DNA from: Leidyana gryllorum EB-2025a
Lineage: Eukaryota > Protista > Apicomplexa
NCBI GenBank assembly: GCA_048772705.1
Contig: JBLWGC010000230.1
Span: 1,302,001-1,366,000, forward strand
DNA: 64,000 nucleotides
Direction: 5' to 3'
A program made the translations under genes and the position numbers. The notes beneath the pieces are model-generated. The model had not been told where the DNA came from. It searched no databases and saw only the letters and a list, made by a program, of their open reading frames with translations. Each line of letters opens with the position of its first letter. Within the stretch, counting starts at the first letter, position 1. Of the stretch, positions 15,001-27,000 are shown piece after piece.

Positions 15001-18000
15001 GCTGAAAGATTTGACATATATCCGGAAACCGCACCGAAAGATCTGAAAGTGGATGGCAAACATCTGCAGCGGCAGCGATATACAAAGCCGGAGGTGGTGG
15101 CCTTCCTACGACAAACCCACGAACACACCAAAGTTGAGCTCATGAACAGCGTCGAAGCCTGGAATTCGACCAAAAAGTATATGGAATACATCAAGAGAGT
15201 GCACACGGTTGTGTCCAGCCTGTCCGGAAATTGCTTAGGCGCAGAAATCGAGGAGGGACTTGATGGGTCAGGCGTAGGGCGACCCATGGCTGCCTACAAG
15301 TGTAGGCCACCCGCAAATATAGAAGTAGATTTCGAATTACCCCCCCTCACTCCAGTAACGCGAGAGGAGTTCCCATATATTCGTACATTACTTCGCCGTA
15401 TGGTGATGTTCCCCCCCGCCTTGAGAGCCTTCATCAGACGTCGGAGACTCGGGGTACATGCCACACTGCCAGCCGAGGTGGAGTATGAAGCCGTTCTCAC
15501 CGACCGTCTGACTCCAGTCATCGAAGCAGAGGTCTATCCACATATCAAACGGTGGAGTCTCTGCATTGAGGCGTACCTCGCTCAAGCACAACGCAGCATT
15601 GTCAGTCCTTATCTGCCAGCACTGCAGGAGGTCTTAAATGAACCTACCCTGTTCTTCCGCAACAGGGACGAGTTGAATACTCTGCCCCACGCGATGCGGG
15701 CCGACTTCCTGCGTCGCTCCTCTTATAGTGGGGACAACGAGGATGAGGGTGATGGTGATGACGCTCCGGTTGGCCGCCCGAGAGCACAGGCGTCTCTCCA
15801 CACACCGTTGAATCCAATCACTGCACGATGGATCGATAACTGGGAGATCGAGAGCGGCAACCCAGTCTTAATGCAGGCTTTGGGAGCGCCAGATACGCCC
15901 TGGTCCTCATACTTGCAGCCGGGCAAACTCCATCCGGCCTTTGACGGATATCTGCAAAGCCGGGACGAGCTCACCATGTTGCGCAGGGCGCGCAGGGCTC
16001 ACTGGACGGGCGAAGATGTCGCTCACTGGGTTCAGAGACTCCGATACAACGCAAACATCAATCCGGCTTGGCCTCCCCTCACAGCCAGCTCTTCCATTTT
16101 TGAGCCCGAGCAGGCGACTGTGTACGTGGAACGCAACCCGCATGAGCACATTCTCAAGTTCCGCAAACGATTCTGCGAAGCAATGCTTGCTCACGTCTGG
16201 CATTGGTATTCGGAATACTCTGCCACACACACTACCAGATTCTTCAATTCTTACAAGGCGGAGGACGCATCCTTCGATGATATCTACGATGTCGCCCGGC
16301 TCAGTTTCAATGACTTTGTCATCAAAATACATCGCTCCTGGTTCAAGAATCGCAGTGCTCGAGACTTCTTGGATGCGGGACTTCTCGATTGGTACTTCTG
16401 CTTTGAAGCGAGATACTACAGAGCGAGAGAGACGGACGATCTCAAGTTTGTCAGTTTCGACATCATGGAAGCGGCCGATGGCGGCGCTCTGCCTCATCCT
16501 GGGGGCCAGGATCATCATCCCCAGTCCACACCCAGTCCCGCCGTGTATATGGGCGGCCCACAACCGAGAAGTGGAGGTGAAAGGGACTCGGCTGGCCGGG
16601 ATCGCCCCTCGTCGCCTCTGCTACGTCCTGATGGGATCGAAGAGTTCCTCCTCATTGGGCCGGACATGGCTGACGCTCAATACGGTGCTGGAGACGACGA
16701 ACGGCCACCAACACCTGAGGAAGCCGAGCACTCGACCGGATGGCATGATTATGCCTGCCCCGAGGGCTACCAGTCGGAAGGTGGAGGAGCCTCTGGTGAG
16801 AGCGACGAGGAGGACGACGACGGCGAGGACGATGATACGGCACACGGTAGAAAACGCCGAAGGCCTGGCAAGGGACGTTTGAGTAAGCCTGCGGGAACCC
16901 TCGCGGGTCGTGGAGCCGATCACGGACGAGCTGAGGCGGGTGCGGAGGACGGTCACCTCTCGGATGATGTCGAAAAGGTCATCAGGTCTGTCGATAACTT
17001 TGAGGAAGCAGCTGATGCCGAGGAACACGAAGAAGAAGAGGAAGAGGAAGACGAAGAAGAGGAGGAAGACGAAGAAGAGGAGGAGGAGGAAGACGAAGAA
17101 GAGGAGGAGGAGGAAGAGGAAGACGAAGAAGAGGAGGAGGAGGAGCCAAAATCGGAATCGAAGCCATCTTCTATATCTAATGGCTCGCACGGTGGTCGAT
17201 CAGGTGGTCCGCCTTTCTCTGACGACGAGGATGAGGACGGGGAGGGTGGGCACTGTGGTCCGGCTGATCGGTCACAGAACCCTTCGAATCGACCTGCAAC
17301 TCACCCAGCGCACGATCAGGACAACTCGAACCAGACAGGCGGAAACAATCAGAACGGTCGGAGCACAAATGGACAAAACCGTCAGAACGATCTTTCTCAC
17401 CGCCACATTCGCTTCTTAAATCAAACCCCATACGACATTATCACAATTCATGCTGGCAATGCCGAGAGACCGACCACCGAGTCTCAATGCCGTGCAAGTA
17501 GCCATGTGACCATCTTTGATGTCCAGGACTTCATGCCGTCGATTGACATATCGGAGCCCTTGGCGCGGTTACGCGAGGCATGTAGCGCAGAATTTGATCT
17601 GGAGGTCGCCACCATAGCCTCAGCTGCCAGGGAGTCCTTACAGAGACTGGCAGAAATGCTCCCTTTGGATCGTCCGATCGAATTGAGTGTGCACTTCCTC
17701 GTGGTTCCTGATGGTAGCTCCAATGTACTCTACTGGGGTCACTCGTTGCCCAGCCCAACCAGAAGTGATGATACAGGCGCCAGACCCGCCCAGTGTACCG
17801 TTCGGATCTGCATGAATGAGTCCCGCTGGTCTGGAAGATTGGCCCCCCGAGCAGCTGCTGAGGCCACCTACGCTGGTGGGGATGGGGTGCCGGAACAGTC
17901 CAACCTCGACTACGACAACACTGTTGAGCATACCTCACTGGAGCCGGCGTCGCATGAGATCGAGGAAGACTTGGGAGTGCGTCCGGTAACCAATACTGGA

Positions 18001-21000
18001 ATGCAAGATGCTAATCTTAGCGATGAAATCCACTTCTGTGTCCCCCGTACACAACCAGGCACAGATCTGCCACATCGCGCTCCGAGCGTCTTTGATCTGG
18101 GATTGCAATACCTCTCCCCCTCTCGTCCCCTAACGGCTGACCCGACGTCTTCTTCCCACCACACGGCACCGACAAATGGTGATGCGCCCCCAGTACAGCC
18201 CTCGTCTACTCCCTCCGGGGCCACCATTGGACATGAGGATGCCACAGCTGAATCTTACGATGGATCTCAGCAAGCCGCTGCCGCATTCGGAAGAGAGAAT
18301 ATGACTGCTGCCCAGCGACTGGCGGCAAACGCGGATGGGGACAAGTTGGACTCAAAGGGTGACGCAATCGATGCCGTGAGTGGGAGCAAAGACGATCTGC
18401 CTCCTGCCCAAGCTACGCCGATCGAAGAGCTTCAAGCCTCTAAAGCTGAGGTGTGTGTGGCAGTGGAGTCAGCTTTGGATCAGGTCCCATCGCCACCCGA
18501 GTCGTGGAAGGACACTTCTATGGAGACTGGACCGGTTCAGACGGCCGTCCAGGAGGAGGCTGGGTTGGCAGGAGAAGCGCACATACCGCGAGTGGACCAC
18601 GCGGTGCCTCAAGAAGAACAGAAAGAGGACGTACCGATCTCAGACGGCCCCCAGGATGCTGGACTTACGGTTCCGGTCACGGCTGAGGCCCAACATTCTG
18701 ACCCTTCCCACAGTATGAACGTTTCTGAAGAGCCACTCCACGTAGCGTCTGGTCGCGAAATCCCTCTCACTGGTGATACAACTTGGCCACTGAAGACAGA
18801 GGTGCTCGGCACGGAAGTTCCGAGCTCTCTACCCCCCGTCTCCCAAGCAGATGTTGTGTCGGGTCTCCCGGGCACAGCGCCTCAGCCTAATGCCGAGCCA
18901 CACCCTCCAGTGGGTCGGACACAAGCAATCCCATCGGTTGCGCCGCTGCAGACCGACAGCAGTCAGGATAACGGCTGGAATTGGTCAGGTTTGCCAAACT
19001 TCAAGGGTATGCTGGCACCTGATCGTGGCGCGACAGCCTCTAAGAAGTCGGTGCGAGACCCCCTCACACAGGCGGCGCCAGTCTCGCAGGCGGAACCGTG
19101 CGTCAAGAATAATGAACAGAAAGGCTCTCCTATTCCGACATCTGAGGACCAGCCATGTGCCGATGCTTCTGGCACGCCAGACTTCGCGAGGTCGGGAACG
19201 ACTCCATCGGGCGAAGAGGGGTTACGAAGAAACGAGCCATCAGCCCATGCGATAGCGGGAAGCGATCCCTCGGACCCTCGAAGCCCGATAGGAACGTTGT
19301 GGTCACGTCCCACCAAGCCTCTGGAAAAGGACATTGTGGACCGGCGAGACCCAATTGGTCCCTCATGGGACTGTTCGAGCAGAGGAGGGGCAGCGGAAGC
19401 TCCCCCGGCTTCACCCCCGGTCCAGTCATCCTCCGAAAGGGGTGACGAACAGGGTGAAGGACACCAGCCGACGCTACCCAAGCTTTCGTCTGAAGGCTCC
19501 CCGCCCGACAGAGCCAGACAGTCAGCAACCAACATCACCACCGATCCTGCGAAACCCTCAGATCCCTCTGCCTCCTCGGCCGCTGTCTCTGCCGATCCCT
19601 CGATACTTGGAGGAGAACCGTCTGACAAAGTGCCCCCAAAGACCGCGATGTCCCACCAACCCACGGAAGCAACAAAAGGACTGCCAGCAGCTGCCAGCAG
19701 AGGAATATTCGGTGTGACTGCAGCGTTGAAAAGGCAAGCGAAGATCGGCGGCAGCTTAAACGGGCTGGATAGTGCTGCCACGGTTGGATTGCCCGCCACG
19801 ACCACAGCAACTACCGGAGACACCGCCGCATCGGGCCTGAAGAGTGGAGTATTCGGCAGCCCGATCACAGCATCCTTCGGGGACACCGGCGCACCGGACC
19901 TGAAGAGTGGAGTATCCGGCAGCCCGATGACGGGATCACTGTTCGGCCAATCGACCAGGGCACCGACCGGATACATCGCCGCATCGGGCCTTCAGGGCGA
20001 AGTTTCCGGCCAACCGACCTCAAAAACGACCGGAGACACCGCCGCATTGGGCTCAAAGGGTGGACAGCAGCCGATGACTGGATCACTCTTTGGCCAGCCG
20101 ACCTCAACAGCGACCGGAGACACCGCCGCATCGGGCCTTCAAGGGGGACGTTCTGGCCAACCGACCTCAACAGCGACCGGAGAGACCGCCGCATCGGGCT
20201 CGAAGGGTGGACTGTTCGGCAGCGCGATGACTGGATCACTCTTTGGCCAGCCGACCTCAACAGCGACCGGAGAGACCGCCGCATCGGGCCTTCAGGGCGA
20301 AGTTTCCGGCCGGCCGACCTCAACAGCGACCGGAGAGACCGCCGCATCGGGCTCGAAGGGTGGACTGTTCGGCAGCGCGATGACTGGATCACTCTTTGGC
20401 CAGCCGACCTCAACAGCGACCGGAGACACCGCCGCATCGGGCCTTCATGGGGGACGTTCTGGCCAACCGACCTCAAACACGACCGGAGACACCGCCGCAT
20501 TGGGCTCAAAGGGTGGACAGCAGCCGATGACTGGATCACTCTTTGGCCAGCCGACCTCAACAACGACCGGAGACACCGCCGCATCGGGCTCAAAGGGTGG
20601 ATTATCCGGCAGCCCGATGACGGGATCACTCTTTGGCCAACCGACCTCAACAACGACCGGAGACACCGCCGCATCGGGCCTTCAAGGGGGACGTTCTGGC
20701 CAACCGACCTCAAAAACGACCGGAGACACCGCCGCATTGGGCTCAAAGGGTGGACAGCAGCCGATGACTGGATCACTCTTTGGCCAGCCGACCTCAACAA
20801 CGACCGGAGACACCGCCGCATCGGGCTCAAAGGGTGGATTATCCGGCAGCCCGATGACGGGATCACTCTTTGGCCAACCGACCTCAACAACGACCGGAGA
20901 CACCGCCGCATCGGGCCTTCAAGGGGGACGTTCTGGCCAACCGACCTCAAAAACGACCGGAGACACCGCCGCATTGGGCTCAAAGGGTGGACAGCAGCCG

Positions 21001-24000
21001 ATGACTGGATCACTCTTTGGCCAGCCGACCTCAACAACGACCGGAGACACCGCCGCATCGGGCTCAAAGGGTGGATTATCCGGCAGCCCGATGACGGGAT
21101 CACTCTTTGGCCAACCGACCTCAACAACGACCGGAGACACCGCCGCATTGGGCTCAAAGGGTGGACAGCAGCCGATGACTGGATCACTCTTTGGCCAGGC
21201 GACCTCAACAGCGACCGGAGACACCGCCGCATCGGGCCTTCAGGGCGAAGTTTCCGGCCAGCCGACCTCAACAACGACCGGAGACACCGCCGCATCGGGC
21301 TCGAAGGGTGGACTGTTCGGCAGCGCGATGACTGGATCACTCTTTGGCCAGGGGACCTCAACAGCGACCGGAGAGACCGCCGCATCGGGCTCGAAGGGTG
21401 GACTGTTCGGCAGCGCGATGACTGGATCACTCTTTGGCCAGGCGACCACAGCGTCAAGCGGGAACACCGCTGAATCGGCTGCGAAAAGCGGACTATTCAG
21501 CAGTGGGCCAACAAACACAACGAATGAGCCGTCTGCGACATCGAGTACAGGACAAGGCGAGGCGCCGATGTTCGGCGGAAGCTCCTCATTCACTCGTGGA
21601 GCTCAAGGGTTCAAGTCGAAAGGCGGCCGTCGAAATCGCGGGTCGGCAACTGGACAGACGCCGAATCACACCGGGGCTCCCTTTAACTTTCCTGCAGGTG
21701 CAATGTCTTTCGGGGACACCTCCGCGGAGCTTCCTCGTGCTTCTCAAAGTGGGGCTGTTGGCACTTCATCAATATTTGCCCCTTCATCAATATTTGCCCC
21801 TTCGTCAATATTTGGGGGTCCGTCAATATTCGGAAGTGCTCCAACGGTCACGCAGCCACCCCCTGAATCGTCGGTGGACTGTGTTGCCGAAGCCAATGAT
21901 GAAAAGTTGAGGGTGCTGACGACCAGATTGCCGATATGCACATGCAGAGTGCGATGGTCCCACAGGCGTCACCAACCATCATGTGAGCACAGGTGGTACG
22001 AAGAGTTGTTCCAAGCGTACGATGGAGTTGGTAACAGCTCTGAAGAGGCGAAAAAGTATCAAATGATATACTTCCCAAAGACCAATCAAGTGCCTCACTT
22101 TAGTGTGGGAACATCACGGTATATTGTGTTGCGTCGGTTACGTCCTGCCCGAGACCAGAGGACAGTGAATTCGTACATTCCGTATGTTCCCATATGTCTG
22201 GATGAGTGCGGAGGTCTTCCGCTACGAGAGCTGGTCTGCCAACGTATGAAATATGTCTGGGATGGTTTGGTGAATGCAGCTCATGAGAAGGCGTTTTCGA
22301 TGCGTCGGAAACCACCGCCGGACAGTCTCTTCGACGCGGCTGACTCGAATGAATACGCACCTCTCACGAAATGGGAAGTGAAGAGCATTATGCGTGATTC
22401 TTTCCAGTTTGACCTTCACCGGCCATATGAGCACATATTAGATCTCGAGGGATACGCTCGAGTCAATGAGACAATGGCAGAGGTGATGAAGTACGCGTGG
22501 TATCACAGACTCACTATGCCCCAATGTCGACGACTGATACGTAAGAGTGTTGGGTACGAGGATCCGAAGCCGACTCGGAAGCTTCTACTCCATAACAGTC
22601 TGAACCTTCCGATGGAAATGCAACCCAGAGACAACATGTTTACCTCCGAAGAGACCAGTGAACTGCCCCATAGTGCGCTGGAGGTCAAAGCGACCACCGC
22701 TCGGATACTCATCCATGCGCTGTGGACGTGCTACCAGTGGTATGAAGTTACTGGATGGAATATCTTCAAAATGATTCCCGGCGAGCAACTTTTCGATGAG
22801 TTCCTCAGTGAGAATCATTTGATGCCGGATCGATTGACCAAGTCCAATCGTGAGCAGTTCTTCAAACTCCTTAGAGCCGAAATGAACCTCACTCTGGGCC
22901 CGGATGCGCTGCTCGAGTATGCTGTTACTAACAGCCTCGACGGCTTTGCTCTTCTCTTCCACGCCTTGGAGGGGGTCAAGGGTCTCGCACAGGACGAGGA
23001 GCCGCTCACCTTCCGTCAGTTCGTCAGCGAGTTCCGAAGCTTCTGGCTCAGGCACGACCTGACATTGGCGAGGGCTCATGACGCGGGCTTGGCTGAGTGG
23101 TGGTTCGCTTTCGAGGATTTGTGTCTGCAAAAAGACGCGGCTACCCGAGCTCATGGTGATTGGATCACGTACCAAGTACTGAAAGCGAAACAAAAGGTGC
23201 GACTCCAACAACGGTTTTATACTGTCGAGAAACCGCCCTCGTATGTACACGAAGAGCTGCAACTCGCGGTGTGGGAGGAACCTATCGACAACGGGCTCGG
23301 TAATCCCTGTGATGCTACACTACGCGCAAAGTATAACATGGAGTCTGCAATCCCTGCCGAATTGTTCGGATTCTATGATGGGAGAGTCATGATGAAGGCG
23401 CCCTGGAAACCGCCATATGACAGGACGAGTGGCTATCGCCGCAGAAAGCGGTACCCACTTCTCGGCCGCCTTCAAGAGGCCGGAGTAGCTGGTACCCCCC
23501 AGAACTGCGACCTGAGTGTTGCGTGGGTCAACTACTGTCTCGCCGATGTACCTCTGGCGACTGCAATGATCTATTCTACTCCGATCAATAGTTGGGACCG
23601 AGTGAAAGATATTTGTGTGGATCCATACGTTAGCACAATGAACTCTGCTGTGGACTACCAATTCGGAGAGTTTGTCGATGAGTACCCTCCCACGGGCCTC
23701 AACCCTGCCCCCTTGCCAGCAGGAGTGGAGGAGCCGGCAGAGCCCGTAATGGATCCACCCCCACGTAGCTGGGCGGTGGAGATGGACTGGTTAAACTCGC
23801 CGGCCGCGAAGGGTCCTGGCTTGCCTGGAGCTGGAACTGCCCCCAGCGAACCGAGAATCGACACGGAACAGACATTCGTCAAGACATTCTGGTCTCAGTA
23901 CCGCCAAGCGGCCGAGGGTCGGCATTGGCGTAACACAGTTCCGAATAAGTCGGAGGCGGTAGGCCAATCGCTGACAGAAAGCCCGGGGATCTACAGTTCG

Positions 24001-27000
24001 ATTGCCTTTGATGATCCGGAGATCTTTGACTCATTGAAGGAATCGGAGTTGTTGATGAATGAAGCAACTCTGAAGTATCCTCGATACCGTCAGATCTTAG
24101 AGAAAGCTCGAGATCTGGGATTGATGTTACATCGAATCTGTCACAACAATCTGACAATGGTTGAGATGCATCACATCTTGTTTGTCCTTTCAGAGTACGA
24201 GCAGTATGGAGTCTTACCTCTCCGTCAGTTGACGCTCAGTGGTTTGACCGAAATGGAGGCCTTTGCTCACCGTACATACAAGCGTCTCGCTATAACGTCT
24301 GGTGCCCCTGTCGATATGTTCCACGAGCAATCCGTCCCGGCTCCTCTGAATGCGGCCATCCCGCTGCCCGTTGCGCTTTCTGGACCAACGGAGGGAGATG
24401 TCACCTCGGCGACTCCTCACCGGCCTGAGTCTCACCCGAATGACGATGGGGAGGGTGAGGGTGAAATAGGTCAAGGCAAAGGTGCTTCTGTGACCGAGGG
24501 ACGCGGAAGCGTGACGCCCACACCGGCTAAGGGCAAAGGAAAATCAAAAGGCAAGAAACAGAGAGGCCAACCGAAGAGGGCTAATCAGACAGCAAATAAG
24601 CCGACGCAGGGTAACACAGCTACGAAGCCGACGGACGCAAAGCCGACGGACGCAAAGCCGACGGACGCAAAGCCGACGGACGCAAAGCCGACGGACGCAA
24701 AGCCGACGGAGGAGAAGACCGCCACAGAAGAGATCGTGGAAGAGCTCGTTCTCGGTCCAACATCTATTGATAATGGGCTTCCACTATATCGGACGGATCA
24801 CTGTCGGATATATGACGAGCCATTCAATGCGCCATGGCACGAGTGGATGCCGCTGCCAGTGGATGAGCCCCTCGAATATTTCGCTGACCAACACCTATTG
24901 AGAGAAGCACGTCGGCATCGGTGGAGTCAAGAGAAACTCGAAGTGAAATGGCTCATTCACAGAGGAGCAAAGAATGTGACCGTTGAAGTGCCGGTATGGC
25001 ACGCGGTTGATGTGCCATTAAAGCCCATTTGTTGGACTCATGACCTGTACAAAGACGTGGAGCATATACCCATTCTGGTGATGAAAAGGCTGGCAGAATG
25101 TTTGTTGCGGCAGCTGTGGGCGTGGTATCGATACTTTGAGATCACAGCATACCATCCATTTGGTTTCGATCCTCTGGATCCCAGCTACTGGAATCAAAAA
25201 ATGGCCATTAACTACAACAAATTCCGTCCCGTCAAACAGGCTCTGAAAGCCCACGCTCGGCGACCCACGAACCTCGCAGTGAACAACTGGGATACGCAAC
25301 CAAGCTGGATCAATCGTCCAAGCTTCTTGAACTGGCTTATCGACAGAACTGGGCTCTACGACATCAACCTCAACTGGTTCCAGTGCGCCACCCTACGCTT
25401 CGCCTACTGGCAGAAGTTGCACTTGTGGTACCTGGCGGAGGAAGAGGAGTATTGGCAGCTCATCAAGTACAAGAAACTTCCGCCCAAGTGCTATGAGCAA
25501 GTTGTGGAGAAGGAGAAGCTGAAAGTCAGATACAGAACGTGGACATGGCTCGACAACCTCAAACTTGCCGAGCCTGAACATGGCTATGGGTCCAAGGCGG
25601 TGCGACCTTACACCTTCCGTGGATGTGAGTCCAGTGCTTTGCTGCGCCACGGAAAGGATGAAGAACCACGGGTTGAGGTTCTCCCCCCCACGACGAGTAC
25701 TCCACCCCCGGATCCAGCACGAGACAGAGTCGTGGACGAGGCGGACGGCCCCTCAAACACCCCTAAACCGCAGAAACCTTCTGCGACCGCCAAGTCGGCG
25801 AGCGCACACACTCCTTCTCGTACGCCGGGCAAGAAACAGAGATACGGTGACGGAAACCGTGAGACTGGGTCAGCCAAAACGCACAAGACTCCGACACCGG
25901 ACGAAGCAGGCGATGAGGAACAATTCCTCCAGATGGAGGAAGAACTTGAGTTCCGGGTATCCGAGGTTCCGAGCCCCCCGCGCCAACCAGTCGATGACAG
26001 TGGAGAAGGAGAGGACGAATCAGGGATCGGTAGTGTTGTTGTGAGTCGTGTCACTGTTGACAATGCGGCAGGCCAGGAGGAAGTGTTCGAAAGCCCTAGC
26101 CCCATACGTGCCTCTGAAAAGGACTCTCCACCGATCAGGCTGGCGCGGAACGAAGATGCCAGTAAGAAGATCAAAAGCTGGGATCAGGACCTCGCTCACA
26201 AGGACCCGAATGTGTTTAATCCTGACGACCTGGACAAACGCGGCAGGCGAGCTCGGGACCATCCCGTTCCGTTCCTGTACACGAGAGTTCCGCGGCTGGG
26301 GGTCACTTCGAACTCAGAGCTGACGCCGCCCGAAGTTCGAAACTTCTACGAGCATCTACAAATTGAAATCTGCAAGAACATTTACGGAGAGAAACTTAGT
26401 GGCGGCGAGCCAATCAAAACACCCGACTTCATCGACAGGCCGCTGGAGCCTTTGACCACGGGATATGTGATGGAATTGCTGGACCGTGACATCCTGAAAT
26501 GGAGTATTATGTTTGACGGGTATCTCCGCGAAGAGGAAGCCGCCAGGCATCCGGACGAGTGTTATAGTCACCATGTGGTACACAACATGATGGATACGGG
26601 TAACACTATCCCACCAATCCCCGTGCCGCACTGTTTGCTGAGAATCATGTATATCGTCAGGGGCTTCGCGCAGTACAGATATGAGCGATACCTTGACGAG
26701 CCTCATGTTTGCGTGCTACCAACATCAACGTTACCGAAACAGCCCGCCGCCGAGTGGGAATTTGACACTCCGTGTCCACCAGCCGAGACAACCGGTGACA
26801 AATTCCATTTCCTAGTGGATTGGAACCAGGATGAGAACTTGATGCGCCAAGCTGTCATCGATCCACGTTTTCATCGTCGGTTCCCCTTCAACCCTGATCG
26901 CCCAAGGATTCGGGTTCTCTTTGAGCCCAGCGAGGTGATGGTCACCACCGCCAAGTTGGTGCTGGAACACTCAGCTGGTATCCCGGCTGCTGAGCAAACC

